Program-made: the position numbers and the translations under genes | Shown: in pieces, positions 1 through 8,144 of the stretch | Numbering within the stretch: position 1 is the stretch's first letter | Layout: the number at the start of each line of letters is the position of its first letter | Notes under the pieces: model-generated | What the model was told of the DNA's origin: nothing | Database searches by the model: none | Seen by the model: the letters and a program-made list of their open reading frames with translations, nothing else | From: a virus | Taxonomy: Duplodnaviria > Caudoviricetes | IMG/VR virus record: IMGVR_UViG_3300032218_001859 | Location: 1 to 53,986 of that record | DNA: 53,986 nucleotides | Strand: one strand, 5' to 3'

Positions 1-130
1 GAAGTCCTTGAATACCTTGAACACCAGTTTCTCCAATACCTTGAATACCCTGAAGTCCTTGAATACCTTGAACACCAGTTTCTCCAATACCTTGAATACC
101 CTGAAGTCCTTGAATACCTTGAATACCTTG
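1..130 (-). repeat. 51-bp tandem repeat (17-aa unit [17 protein letters not shown]), about 2.4 copies visible
   Basis: gaagtccttgaataccttgaa recurs at 1, 52 and 103. Confidence 0.9.
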
Positions 131-361
131 AGGTCCTTCCGGTCCTGGTGGTCCAGGTGGTCCTGATGGGCAAGGTTCATTGGGGCAATCAGCATCAATA
201 TTAATGTTAATGTTATCATTTCCCCCAGCACGAGAATTGAGTATCTCTGTTATTTCGGTACGAACTGAAGTAATGTTATCAAACAGATTTGGATCTTTGC
301 TTCTTTGGTATTGAGCGAGAAGATCGTAAAGGTCAATAAGTTTTCTTTCTACTGAGTCCAT
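1..361 (-). CDS. Collagen-like (Gly-X-Y) protein, 5' part; runs off the window start
   Basis: Not in the ORF track. ATG at 361 with AGGAGA RBS; translates [21 protein letters not shown]...[45 protein letters not shown]. Confidence 0.85.
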   Translation of the reverse strand, partial: MDSVERKLIDLYDLLAQYQRSKDPNLFDNITSVRTEITEILNSRAGGNDNININIDADCPNEPCPSGPPGPPGPEGPQGIQGIQGLQGIQGIGETGVQGIQGLQGIQGIGETGVQGIQGL

Positions 362-376
362 AGTTATTCTCCTATT

Positions 377-400
377 GAAAAGGGGGAGAAACTCCCCCTA
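377..400 (-). terminator. Rho-independent terminator between the coiled-coil gene and the collagen gene
   Basis: Stem AGGGGGAG/CTCCCCCT (381-399) followed by a short U run on the minus strand. Confidence 0.7.
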
Positions 401-416
401 TAACTACTGAACTAAA

Positions 417-1244
417 TCAGCGAACAGCGTTGCTGGTAGCACCTTGTCCTACATCGGACATTCTGCCGAAGTTAACCATGCTCTGACGGGTATCAGAAAG
501 TTGGCTATTCACAGCATTAACTTGTGAGTTAACTTGTGAAGAAAGGGCAGCGAACTGAGTGTTTAACAGTCCATCACGGGCACCCCAGTAATCCTGACGG
601 ATTCCATTGAGGTCGGTGTTACGCTCAATGAGCATACGATTAAGGTCATCATTCTTAAGTGAATTGATGAGGTCACGGGTCTTCTCATTCTCATAAGCAA
701 TCTGCTTAGCGGTCTCATACTTACCTTCAGAAATCTGATGGGAAAGTGTTGCCTGACCAAGTGCTACAGCAGCAGCAACTTTAGCGGACTCAAGAGCAGT
801 AGCAGTGGCAGCTTTCTCCGAAGACAGAAGAATTTCTGTGCTGATTTTTTGAGCAGCAAGGTCTGTGGTTGCTCTAAGAGCAGCAAGGTCACGGGCACTA
901 TCAAAATCTCTTGCTTGACCAGCAATGAAGAAATCAGCAGCTCTTTGCTGAATTTTATCAGCAGCTTCGTCTACTTTAATTCTTGTCTGATATCCTGTGG
1001 TTAAGACATCAGAATTGAGTCTATCGTTACCAGTAGCAATAGCATACTTGGTATCTCCTGCAGTAGTAGCAACTGAAAAATTGGTTCCATCAAAACCAAC
1101 TGCTTGTTCTCTACGAAGATCGGAAATACCAGCAATAACTGAATTACGAACTTCTGAAGTTCTATCAGCAAGTTCATAACGAATATCTGAGTGCTGAGCA
1201 CTCAACGCTGACCAGGGATCTGGTGCGTAAACTGTATCTGCCAT
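417..1244 (-). CDS. Ala-rich coiled-coil hypothetical protein (275 aa), late expressed
   Basis: ORF 417..1313; start moved to ATG 1244, which has an AAGGAG RBS (MADTVYAPDPW...). Codon usage looks like a highly expressed gene. Confidence 0.8.
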   Translation of the reverse strand: MADTVYAPDPWSALSAQHSDIRYELADRTSEVRNSVIAGISDLRREQAVGFDGTNFSVATTAGDTKYAIATGNDRLNSDVLTTGYQTRIKVDEAADKIQQRAADFFIAGQARDFDSARDLAALRATTDLAAQKISTEILLSSEKAATATALESAKVAAAVALGQATLSHQISEGKYETAKQIAYENEKTRDLINSLKNDDLNRMLIERNTDLNGIRQDYWGARDGLLNTQFAALSSQVNSQVNAVNSQLSDTRQSMVNFGRMSDVGQGATSNAVR

Positions 1245-1260
1245 TTGTGTTTTTCTCCTT

Positions 1261-1546
1261 AAGGAAAGAATGGGTTTATTTGTGAGCAACACAATCCAAT
1301 CCCTTCCTGACATAACGCCAGAAGAGTCCGTCCACAGATGGCTCTACGAATGAGTCCTCTGGGATTATTACGCTTTAGAATCGGATTGTATTACCCGATT
1401 AGAGATACTGATGCAAGGTTATACCACAAATAACACAAAGGTTATTTGAAGTTTATCTGCTAAATGAGGCATTAATGAAAGAACCAATAAGGAATCTTTT
1501 AGTAATACGTCTTTAACTCTAATCAGAAGATTTCTCTTCCTAGATT
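1261..1546 (-). ncRNA. Candidate structured 5' leader RNA (~290 nt)
   Basis: At least five hairpins, several with G-U pairs that only form on the minus strand, and a GAAA tetraloop; lies between late promoter 1547-1554 and the RBS. Confidence 0.5.
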
Positions 1547-1554
1547 TATTTATA
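1547..1554 (-). promoter_or_regulatory. T4-type late promoter TATAAATA
   Basis: Exact gp55 consensus on the minus strand. Confidence 0.75.
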
Positions 1555-1577
1555 AGAAATAATTTTTTCAGGCAATT

Positions 1578-1585
1578 TATAAATA
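1578..1585 (+). promoter_or_regulatory. T4-type late promoter TATAAATA
   Basis: Exact consensus 20 nt upstream of the HNH gene; divergent from 1547-1554. Confidence 0.75.
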
Positions 1586-1605
1586 TTAATACGCTGCAAG
1601 CACTT

Positions 1606-1974
1606 ATGGGTCCCCTTCATTCGCCCAAGGACTACCTGTTTAATCTTCATACAGCATCTAAGGGTGAGGCAAAACGATTATGGAGGCAGAATATAAAGGA
1701 TTCTTGGAACAACAAATGTGCTTATTGTGGATCAGAAGAAAACATAACACTAGATCATATCCTCCCTCAGTGTAAAGGTGGTCTAGATACCAAAACAAAT
1801 GTAGTGGCATGTTGTCATTCATGTAATCAATCTAAAGGTCATACTTTTTGGGAAGAATGGTATTCTAATCAGTGGTTCTTTACGGAAGAAAACTATACTA
1901 AAATTAATAACTGGATGAAACCAGAAACACCATCTAATTTGTATCGTTATCCACCGAGAAGAAAAATTAATTGA
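1606..1974 (+). CDS. HNH endonuclease
   Basis: CAYCG...TLDHILPQCKGG...NVVACCHSCNQSKG motif. Confidence 0.9.
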   Translation: MGPLHSPKDYLFNLHTASKGEAKRLWRQNIKDSWNNKCAYCGSEENITLDHILPQCKGGLDTKTNVVACCHSCNQSKGHTFWEEWYSNQWFFTEENYTKINNWMKPETPSNLYRYPPRRKIN

Positions 1975-1975
1975 A

Positions 1976-2116
1976 ATGATTGATGAAAACACACCAGACA
2001 AATTAGCTGAAATTATTCGAGACACTTGGCCAAATCTTTACCGACCGCCAGTGGATTTCAAACCACCTTCGCCCAACACACTTGACAAAATGCCCAAGAC
2101 CACCTACAATGAGTAG
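1976..2116 (+). CDS. Small hypothetical protein (46 aa)
   Basis: MIDENTPDKLAEIIRDTWPNLYRPP..., ATG right after the HNH stop; resembles small conserved cyanophage ORFs. Confidence 0.6.
   Translation: MIDENTPDKLAEIIRDTWPNLYRPPVDFKPPSPNTLDKMPKTTYNE
2082..2110 (+). promoter_or_regulatory. Sigma70-type early promoter
   Basis: TTGACA-N17-TACAAT. Confidence 0.75.
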
Positions 2117-2133
2117 GTGGTTTTTTTATTACG

Positions 2134-2388
2134 ATGCAAATTATCATTTACACAACACTTGGTTGTAGCTACTGCACTACAATTAAAGAGCTTATGGATA
2201 GAGCTAATGTTGAATACACAGCAATTCTTGTTGGAAAAGATATGTTACTTGAAGAATTCAGGAATCTTTATCCTCAAGCAGCAGGATTTCCTTATTGTAT
2301 TATTGACGATGTTCCTGTTGGTGGGTTAATGGAAACAGCAAAGTATTTTATTCAGCGTGGTTTAGTAAGTTCTAAAAAAAATGAATGA
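2134..2388 (+). CDS. nrdC: Glutaredoxin (NrdC-like)
   Basis: CSYC active site, cis-Pro motif GFPY, VGG motif. Confidence 0.85.
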   Translation: MQIIIYTTLGCSYCTTIKELMDRANVEYTAILVGKDMLLEEFRNLYPQAAGFPYCIIDDVPVGGLMETAKYFIQRGLVSSKKNE

Positions 2389-2539
2389 CGATAAACAAAT
2401 TGCCATAAATAAAGGTGTGGAGCTAATGCTCAGGAGGGCCGAGAAAGAACCTAAAACATCTGGTTTAAAGATTACTAAATCTTTCGCCCTCCGAAAAAAA
2501 CAATTTCTTTTTAAATTTGAATTTGTTTGGAGGGACTAA
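2381..2539 (+). CDS. Small hypothetical protein (52 aa)
   Basis: MNDDKQIAINKGVELMLRR...; overlaps the glutaredoxin stop; typical cyanophage neighbour. Confidence 0.65.
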   Translation: MNDDKQIAINKGVELMLRRAEKEPKTSGLKITKSFALRKKQFLFKFEFVWRD

Positions 2540-2568
2540 CCTAACCCAAGTCACTCGGAGAATTAAAA

Positions 2569-2799
2569 ATGGAATCGCCTACAATCCTATTTTTTATGGG
2601 CTGCTTTGTAGTTCTATTTCTTATAGTCGGAATTATAGCTGGTTGGTTTATTAACGACATCATTTATAATTTTTATAATAAAAATAATTCTCCTCAACTT
2701 CATCCCGAAATGTATGATGAATATGGAATTGTGATTAATGAAGAGCTACTCTCGCTAAGATTTATTGAAGAAGAGGAAGAAGAGGATGATTATTGTTGA
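2569..2799 (+). CDS. Hypothetical membrane protein with acidic tail
   Basis: N-terminal TM helix, HPEMYDEYG motif, GGAG RBS. Confidence 0.8.
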   Translation: MESPTILFFMGCFVVLFLIVGIIAGWFINDIIYNFYNKNNSPQLHPEMYDEYGIVINEELLSLRFIEEEEEEDDYC

Positions 2800-3649
2800 T
2801 ATGAATCAGGTTATGATTAGTAACCTGATGGCACAAATAAAAAAGGACGAGTTAAATGAAAAACTCGTCCGCCATATGGTTCTAACAAGTTTGATATCAT
2901 ATGAAAAACAATACAAACAAGAATATGGTGAAGTAGTATTAGCATACGACAGTAAACATTACTGGCGGAAGGATTTTTTCCCGTACTACAAATACAATAG
3001 GAAAAAAGATCGTAAAAGCTCTGGGTTAGATTGGCATTCAATCTTTGATGTATTAAATAAAATTCGTGATGAAATTAAAGAGTACTTTCCATACAAAGTT
3101 GTGGAAATATTGGGTGCCGAAGCAGATGATGTTATCTCCGTACTGTGCAGACACAAGAAATCGGAAGAGAAAATTTTAATTCTTTCTGGAGATAAAGATT
3201 TCATTCAACTTCATAAGTATCCTGGAGTGTATCAATACAATCCAATTATGAAGAGTTATATTACATCCGACAACCCCTATGTTTTTATTAAGGAGCATAT
3301 AATTAAAGGTGATAAATCAGATGGAATTCCAAATTTCTTATCAGATGATGATACATTTGTAACTGAAAAAAGACAAAAACCAATCAGTCAAAAGAAACTA
3401 GATGTTTGGGTAAGCCAAGACCCATCTCTGTTCTGTAAAACTAAATCAGAAATTGATAACTATTACAGAAACAGGACTCTCATTGATTTGGATTATGTTC
3501 CAGCAGAACTTGAACAAAAAATTCTGAATGAATTTAACTCTATAAATATTAACGACAAACAAATTCCATTAGAATACTTTCAAGAAAATCAATTAAATGA
3601 TCTGATGGGAGTATTTTATTTTCGTAGTTCATCACCATTTAAAAAATGA
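2786..3649 (+). CDS. rnh: T4-like RNase H (5'-3' exonuclease)
   Basis: MIIVDMNQ start, EADDVI, ILSGDKDFIQL and GDKSDGIPN motifs. Confidence 0.93.
   Translation: MIIVDMNQVMISNLMAQIKKDELNEKLVRHMVLTSLISYEKQYKQEYGEVVLAYDSKHYWRKDFFPYYKYNRKKDRKSSGLDWHSIFDVLNKIRDEIKEYFPYKVVEILGAEADDVISVLCRHKKSEEKILILSGDKDFIQLHKYPGVYQYNPIMKSYITSDNPYVFIKEHIIKGDKSDGIPNFLSDDDTFVTEKRQKPISQKKLDVWVSQDPSLFCKTKSEIDNYYRNRTLIDLDYVPAELEQKILNEFNSININDKQIPLEYFQENQLNDLMGVFYFRSSSPFKK
3541..3548 (+). promoter_or_regulatory. Late promoter TATAAATA inside rnh
   Basis: Exact consensus about 100 nt upstream of the next gene. Confidence 0.5.
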
Positions 3650-4080
3650 AACTGTTAATTTCCGAAGTGCTCCAAAAAGTGAGCAACGCCAAAACTAAAG
3701 CAGAGAAGATTAATCTTCTTCATGAGCACAACACGGTTGCTCTTCGCTCACTACTCATCGCTAACTTCGACGAGAGCGTGATCTCATTGCTTCCTGAGGG
3801 TGAAGTACCATTCACTCCTAACGACGCTCCTAAGGGCACAGAGCACACTGTCCTGGAGCAGGAGTATCGTAAGCTTTACTTGTTCTTTAAGGGCGGTAAC
3901 TCTTCGATCAATTCAACAACCAGAGAGAATCTTTTCATTCAACTTCTCGAAGGTCTTCAGGAAGAAGAAGCAAACCTTCTTGTACTTGTCAAAGATAAAT
4001 CACTTGGCAGAAAGTATAAGATTACCCGTGCTTGTGTTGAAGAAGCATTTCCACAAATTAAGTGGGGGGGACGTGGTTAA
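3646..4080 (+). CDS. Conserved T4-like cyanophage hypothetical protein
   Basis: MKLLISEVLQKVSNAKTKAEK...RENLFIQLLEGL; usual neighbour of rnh. Confidence 0.85.
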   Translation: MKLLISEVLQKVSNAKTKAEKINLLHEHNTVALRSLLIANFDESVISLLPEGEVPFTPNDAPKGTEHTVLEQEYRKLYLFFKGGNSSINSTTRENLFIQLLEGLQEEEANLLVLVKDKSLGRKYKITRACVEEAFPQIKWGGRG

Positions 4081-4337
4081 TGCAAGTCTTGCATCAAAAT
4101 TGTGATCCTGAACTAGCAAACGATAGAAGTTTGCCATACACTGCATACATCGTCACATATGAAATTGATGGAGCTATTGCATACGATCTAGTTATTCCTG
4201 AAAAACAATTAGAAATTTTTGATTACTACTGGGATAAGTATAGAGAAGGTCTGAAAGGTTGGAAACAATCTGAAGGCAGAGTAAATCCTAGACTCTGGGG
4301 ATACAAACCAACAAAAGAAGAAAAAAAGAAGAGATAG
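4080..4337 (+). CDS. Conserved hypothetical protein
   Basis: TAATG coupling; MQVLHQNCDP...EIFDYYWDKY...GRVNPRLWG. Confidence 0.8.
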   Translation: MQVLHQNCDPELANDRSLPYTAYIVTYEIDGAIAYDLVIPEKQLEIFDYYWDKYREGLKGWKQSEGRVNPRLWGYKPTKEEKKKR

Positions 4338-4664
4338 ATGGGGAAGCATTACTTGTTAAATTTGTATGGTTGCTCGTTGTCTCTATTAGACAACGAGTTT
4401 TTTCTGAGAGATTTACTGGAAAATGCTGCAATAGCATGTGGAGCACAAGTATTGCAAACAATATCCCATCAGTTTAATCCACAGGGAGTCACTGCCATTT
4501 GTCTACTTTCAGAAAGCCATATTAGTATTCATACTTGGCCAGAGAAAAAAGAAGCAGCAGTAGATGTGTTTACCTGTGGGGATTCAAATCCAAAGATTGC
4601 TTGTGATATAATCATCGAGCAGTTGAATGCATTGGCATATGAAATAGATTATGTACAACGGTAG
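4338..4664 (+). CDS. speD: S-adenosylmethionine decarboxylase proenzyme (class 1b), auxiliary metabolic gene
   Basis: GKH...HQFNPQGVT...LLSESHISIHTWPE...DVFTCG pyruvoyl self-cleavage signature. Confidence 0.93.
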   Translation: MGKHYLLNLYGCSLSLLDNEFFLRDLLENAAIACGAQVLQTISHQFNPQGVTAICLLSESHISIHTWPEKKEAAVDVFTCGDSNPKIACDIIIEQLNALAYEIDYVQR

Positions 4665-4674
4665 CATAAAATAC
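4661..4674 (+). promoter_or_regulatory. NtcA-binding box overlapping the -35 position of a promoter with -10 TATAAT at 4692-4697
   Basis: GTA-GCATAAAA-TAC matches GTA-N8-TAC; 17 nt upstream of TATAAT. Confidence 0.65.
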
Positions 4675-4697
4675 AAAAAAAATATTATAACTATAAT

Positions 4698-4795
4698 ACG
4701 TTCATCCTATATGGGACGGAAGTAAGCCGACTCGGAACGGTACGTTCATTCGCTATTCTCAAATAGCGAACGCAAAAGACGACTGAAGGAACGCT
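4698..4795 (+). ncRNA. Tandem glutamine riboswitch-like elements (glnA / Downstream-peptide class)
   Basis: Two units closed by CGTTC...GGAACG (4699-4739, 4743-4793), each with an inner hairpin and (G/A)CGAC; GGAAGTAAG and GAAGGAACGC signatures. Confidence 0.8.
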
Positions 4796-4825
4796 CTTTA
4801 ACCTAAACAACTAAGGAGAAAACCT

Positions 4826-4906
4826 ATGGCACTTATATTAATCAGACAAAAAATGTTGAAGGAGATGCGCCTCAAAGAAGCACAACTTCATATGGCAATG
4901 AGATAA
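4826..4906 (+). CDS. 26-aa downstream peptide MALILIRQKMLKEMRLKEAQLHMAMR
   Basis: TAAGGAG RBS; lies between the riboswitch and a terminator; not in the ORF track. Confidence 0.7.
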   Translation: MALILIRQKMLKEMRLKEAQLHMAMR

Positions 4907-4911
4907 TAACT

Positions 4912-4945
4912 GGGGGTTGACACCCCCCTTTTTTTATGGTATGAT
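4912..4945 (+). terminator. Terminator hairpin whose loop is the -35 box of the next early promoter
   Basis: GGGGG-TTGACA-CCCCC plus T run; TTGACA(4917)-N17-TATGAT(4940) with TG extension. Confidence 0.8.
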
Positions 4946-4968
4946 ATGTACAAATCCATTTTGATTCT

Positions 4969-5271
4969 ATGACATCATTAAAACGGGCTACCAAAATGCT
5001 GTCGAAAGCATTGGATAACCCAAACCATACCTATGAACAACATGTTGAAATTCTCAAGCGTCGTCACCAAATTAAAAAACTTCGTACAAACTTACAAGCA
5101 TATGAGCGAGCAAATCGTGGATTCGGATACAAACTCGATCCATCTCTTTTCGAAACAACAATCAGTGAAGTTGATGACAGTGACTCCGAAAGCGGAGGAA
5201 GCGATGGCGTACATAGCGAGAGTCAGCAATCCGAACAACCAGGAGAACCCGAAGATCTCGGGACTGCTTAA
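4969..5271 (+). CDS. Hypothetical protein with RGFG motif; 3' end overlaps thyX
   Basis: First ATG after the promoter; basic helical N-terminus. Confidence 0.65.
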   Translation: MTSLKRATKMLSKALDNPNHTYEQHVEILKRRHQIKKLRTNLQAYERANRGFGYKLDPSLFETTISEVDDSDSESGGSDGVHSESQQSEQPGEPEDLGTA

Positions 5272-5794
5272 GTATTGTATTGAACACGGTCACTGGAGTG
5301 TGTTTGAACAGGCGCACATGACTCTGGAAATTAATACTACTCGTGGTCTAGCAGCTCAAATTCTTCGACACAGAAGTTTCACATATCAGGAATTTTCTCA
5401 ACGATATGCTGATACTAATCTTCTGACTGAAGAAATTCCTGTGCCAGAACTTCGTCGTCAGGATACAAAGAATCGACAGAATTCTATTGATGATCTTGAT
5501 CCCGAACTTGTAATTGCTTTTCAGCAACGAATCCGAATGCTGTTTGCTGAAGCACAAGAACTATATGATGATATGCTTGATGTTGGAATTGCTAAGGAAT
5601 GTTCGAGGTTTGTGCTTCCTTTGGCAGTACCGACAAGAATTTACATGACTGGTTCTGTTCGTTCTTGGATTCACTATATACAACTACGCTCAGCAAACGG
5701 TACTCAAAAAGAGCACATGGAAATTGCTGAGATGTGTAAGGAAATTTTCTCTACACAATTCCCAACTGTCGCTAATGCTTTGGAGTGGATCTAA
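5102..5794 (+). CDS. thyX: Flavin-dependent thymidylate synthase
   Basis: GHWSVFEQ, QILRHRSFTYQEFSQRY, TQKEH motifs; start uncertain (ATG 5102 chosen). Confidence 0.95.
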   Translation: MSEQIVDSDTNSIHLFSKQQSVKLMTVTPKAEEAMAYIARVSNPNNQENPKISGLLKYCIEHGHWSVFEQAHMTLEINTTRGLAAQILRHRSFTYQEFSQRYADTNLLTEEIPVPELRRQDTKNRQNSIDDLDPELVIAFQQRIRMLFAEAQELYDDMLDVGIAKECSRFVLPLAVPTRIYMTGSVRSWIHYIQLRSANGTQKEHMEIAEMCKEIFSTQFPTVANALEWI

Positions 5795-6036
5795 TGCCTA
5801 CATATCCTGTTAAACATAAAGAAACTGGGGAGACCCAAGAACTCTACATGTCAATGCTAGAGTATGATCAATGGAAAAAAGATAATCCCGACTGGGATAA
5901 AGATTGGAGTCAAGGATGTGCTGGTGTCGGTGAAGTTGGAGAATGGAAAGACAAGATGAACAAAACCCATCCTGGATGGGCTGATATTATGAAGAACAAG
6001 GTATCGAAAGCTCCTGGTTCTCGTGTCAAATGGTAA
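5794..6036 (+). CDS. Conserved hypothetical protein (MPTYPV family)
   Basis: TAATG coupling; standard gene between thyX and phoH in cyanomyoviruses. Confidence 0.8.
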   Translation: MPTYPVKHKETGETQELYMSMLEYDQWKKDNPDWDKDWSQGCAGVGEVGEWKDKMNKTHPGWADIMKNKVSKAPGSRVKW

Positions 6037-6053
6037 TCTCACAATAAACAATT

Positions 6054-6806
6054 ATGCCCCGATCAAGAAAAAGAAATACACCTGACGTTGTTGGTATGAA
6101 TAACAAACAAATGAAAAGAAAGAAACCAATTAACATTGATTATCTTATTAACATCGAACCTCTTACCGACAACCAGCGTATAATGTATGAGGAGTATGGT
6201 AGAGGTCAAAACATCTTTGCTTATGGTGCTGCAGGAACTGGTAAAACATTCCTAGCTTTGTACCTTGCTCTTCGTGATGTTCTGGATGAAACCACCCCGT
6301 ATGAAAAAGTATACGTGGTGCGTTCTCTAGTTGCCACCAGAGAAATTGGTTTTCTTCCTGGTACTCACGAAGACAAAGCATCTCTTTACCAGATTCCTTA
6401 TAAGAATATGGTGAAGTACATGTTTGAAATGCCTAACGATGGCGCCTTTGACATGCTGTATGAGAATCTTAAGGCACAAGAAACTATTAGCTTCTGGTCT
6501 ACCTCATTCCTTCGTGGTACTACATTAGATAAAGCTATTGTTATCGTTGACGAATGCCAAAATCTAAACTTTCACGAGTTGGATTCTATCATTACTCGTA
6601 TAGGTGAAGATACAAAAATTATATTATGTGGTGATGCTAGTCAGTCAGATCTTCAAAGAACTACTGAACGTTCTGGCATTATTGATTTCCAACGTATCCT
6701 CCAACAAATGAAAGAGTTTTCTCTTGTTGAGTATGGTGTTGATGACATCGTTCGTTCTGGTCTCATCAAATCTTATCTAATCGCTAAAATTAACTTGGGG
6801 TTATAA
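6054..6806 (+). CDS. phoH: PhoH-like ATPase
   Basis: GAAGTGKT Walker A, IGFLPG, RGTTLD, DECQN, GDASQSD. Confidence 0.95.
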   Translation: MPRSRKRNTPDVVGMNNKQMKRKKPINIDYLINIEPLTDNQRIMYEEYGRGQNIFAYGAAGTGKTFLALYLALRDVLDETTPYEKVYVVRSLVATREIGFLPGTHEDKASLYQIPYKNMVKYMFEMPNDGAFDMLYENLKAQETISFWSTSFLRGTTLDKAIVIVDECQNLNFHELDSIITRIGEDTKIILCGDASQSDLQRTTERSGIIDFQRILQQMKEFSLVEYGVDDIVRSGLIKSYLIAKINLGL

Positions 6807-7498
6807 TGAAAATTTTTAATCATGTTGGTCTGATTAAACCAATTGAAATGAATACCGTTATGATTGATGGTCGGCGTTATTACAATACGCCGACTGGCAA
6901 TAAGCACAAGTCAGTCACCACCGTGATTAGTAATAATGCGAAGAAGCAAGAGGTTCTTGCTAAGTGGAGAGAAAGAGTTGGTAAAGCAAAAGCCCAACAG
7001 ATCTCTTCACGAGCTGCTACTAGAGGTAATCGCTACCACAAACTAGCAGAAAATTATATGAACAACGAACATGATGATACTTTATACAGAGAGTATCCGC
7101 TTGTTTGGATTATGTTTGATTCTTCTCGTAAAATTCTTGATAATATAAATAACATATACTTACAAGAAGCTGCATTATATTCTGATTTTTTAGGAATCGC
7201 TGGGCGAGTTGACTGCATCGCAGAATATAATGGTGTACTTTCTATCATTGACTTCAAAACTTCCGCTGAGGAAAAGAAAGAAGAGTATCTGTATGATTAC
7301 TATGTACAGGAAACAGCATACGCTTGTATGCTTCAGGAACTGTACGGTTTGAAAGTAAAGCAATTGGTTACTATTATTGCCTGTGAAAACGGTGATACTC
7401 AAGTAAGCATTCAGCCAGTCAGAAAGGAATATTTTATTAAGTTACAAGAGTACATACTAGAATACGAAGAAAAATATGAAAGAAGTACTGGAGGATAA
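6806..7498 (+). CDS. PD-(D/E)XK (Cas4-like) exonuclease
   Basis: SVTTVI, RGNRYH, AGRVDCIAEY...IIDFKTS, YYVQETAYA. Confidence 0.9.
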   Translation: MKIFNHVGLIKPIEMNTVMIDGRRYYNTPTGNKHKSVTTVISNNAKKQEVLAKWRERVGKAKAQQISSRAATRGNRYHKLAENYMNNEHDDTLYREYPLVWIMFDSSRKILDNINNIYLQEAALYSDFLGIAGRVDCIAEYNGVLSIIDFKTSAEEKKEEYLYDYYVQETAYACMLQELYGLKVKQLVTIIACENGDTQVSIQPVRKEYFIKLQEYILEYEEKYERSTGG

Positions 7499-7721
7499 AT
7501 TTATGACAGCTGCGAAATTTTCGCAGGATGTGGAGAAAATAGCTTACGAAAATTCTATGAATTATATTGATGCTATTGTTCACTACTGCGAATCAAATGA
7601 AATTGAAATAGAATCAGTATCGAAACTCATTTCTAAACCACTCAAAGAAAAACTGAAGTACGATGCACAGCGTCTAAACTTCATGAAGAAAACCACTAGA
7701 GCAAAACTTATGCTTGTTTGA
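7476..7721 (+). CDS. gp33: Late transcription coactivator gp33
   Basis: KFSQDVEKI...NYIDAIVHYCESNEIEIE...KLISKPLKEKLKYDAQRLNF. Confidence 0.9.
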   Translation: MKEVLEDKFMTAAKFSQDVEKIAYENSMNYIDAIVHYCESNEIEIESVSKLISKPLKEKLKYDAQRLNFMKKTTRAKLMLV

Positions 7722-7723
7722 TT

Positions 7724-8065
7724 ATGTCTGACTTTTTTAAATCCGAACTTGTTCGTGGAGACATTCAAGAAATGGCAGAACTTCAACGGTTCTGCTTTCA
7801 ATCTATGGTTGCCTTCCCTGTACTATCTCCTGCAAAGAAGATGGAATACTTTGAAGTTATGGAACAATTGATTGAAAAACAAAAGATTTTTTACACTAGA
7901 TTATGCCTAAGTGATGACCCAGAAGCCATTGAAATGGTTGAGAATATGAAACAAGCTGTGGTAATGTTGGGAGCTACTCCAGATGATAACATGAACATTA
8001 TGTATGATGATCTTCTGGACAAAGTGACCAAGATGAAGCAACAATTAGAGGCTCAGGGGGGTTGA
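7724..8065 (+). CDS. Conserved hypothetical protein (DUF1825-like)
   Basis: MSDFFKSELVR...LIEKQKIFYTRLCLSDDPEA. Confidence 0.75.
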   Translation: MSDFFKSELVRGDIQEMAELQRFCFQSMVAFPVLSPAKKMEYFEVMEQLIEKQKIFYTRLCLSDDPEAIEMVENMKQAVVMLGATPDDNMNIMYDDLLDKVTKMKQQLEAQGG

Positions 8066-8090
8066 CGCATCCCTGAGCCCGTGCTATGAT
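8050..8090 (+). promoter_or_regulatory. Sigma70-type promoter of gp32 with an inverted repeat flanking the -35 box
   Basis: TTGACG(8062)-N17-TATGAT(8085); GGCTCAGGG(8050-58)/CCCTGAGCC(8071-79). Confidence 0.75.
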
Positions 8091-8144
8091 GAGTAGGTGA
8101 TTCAGCGTCACACAAGCCAAATCCAATTATCCAAAAAAATCCAT

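Noticed and set aside
1-130. Direct repeats as a CRISPR array
   Set aside because: Contiguous 51-bp units with no unique spacers; they are in-frame collagen coding repeats.
1245-1313. Upstream start (ATG 1313) for the coiled-coil protein
   Set aside because: It lies within the structured leader without an RBS; ATG 1244 has AAGGAG.
1606-1974. HNH gene as an intron-encoded homing element
   Set aside because: Free-standing with its own late promoter; no interrupted gene or group I intron core seen.
6806-7498. Cas4-like nuclease as part of a CRISPR-Cas system
   Set aside because: No array or other cas genes; it is the usual exonuclease between phoH and gp33.
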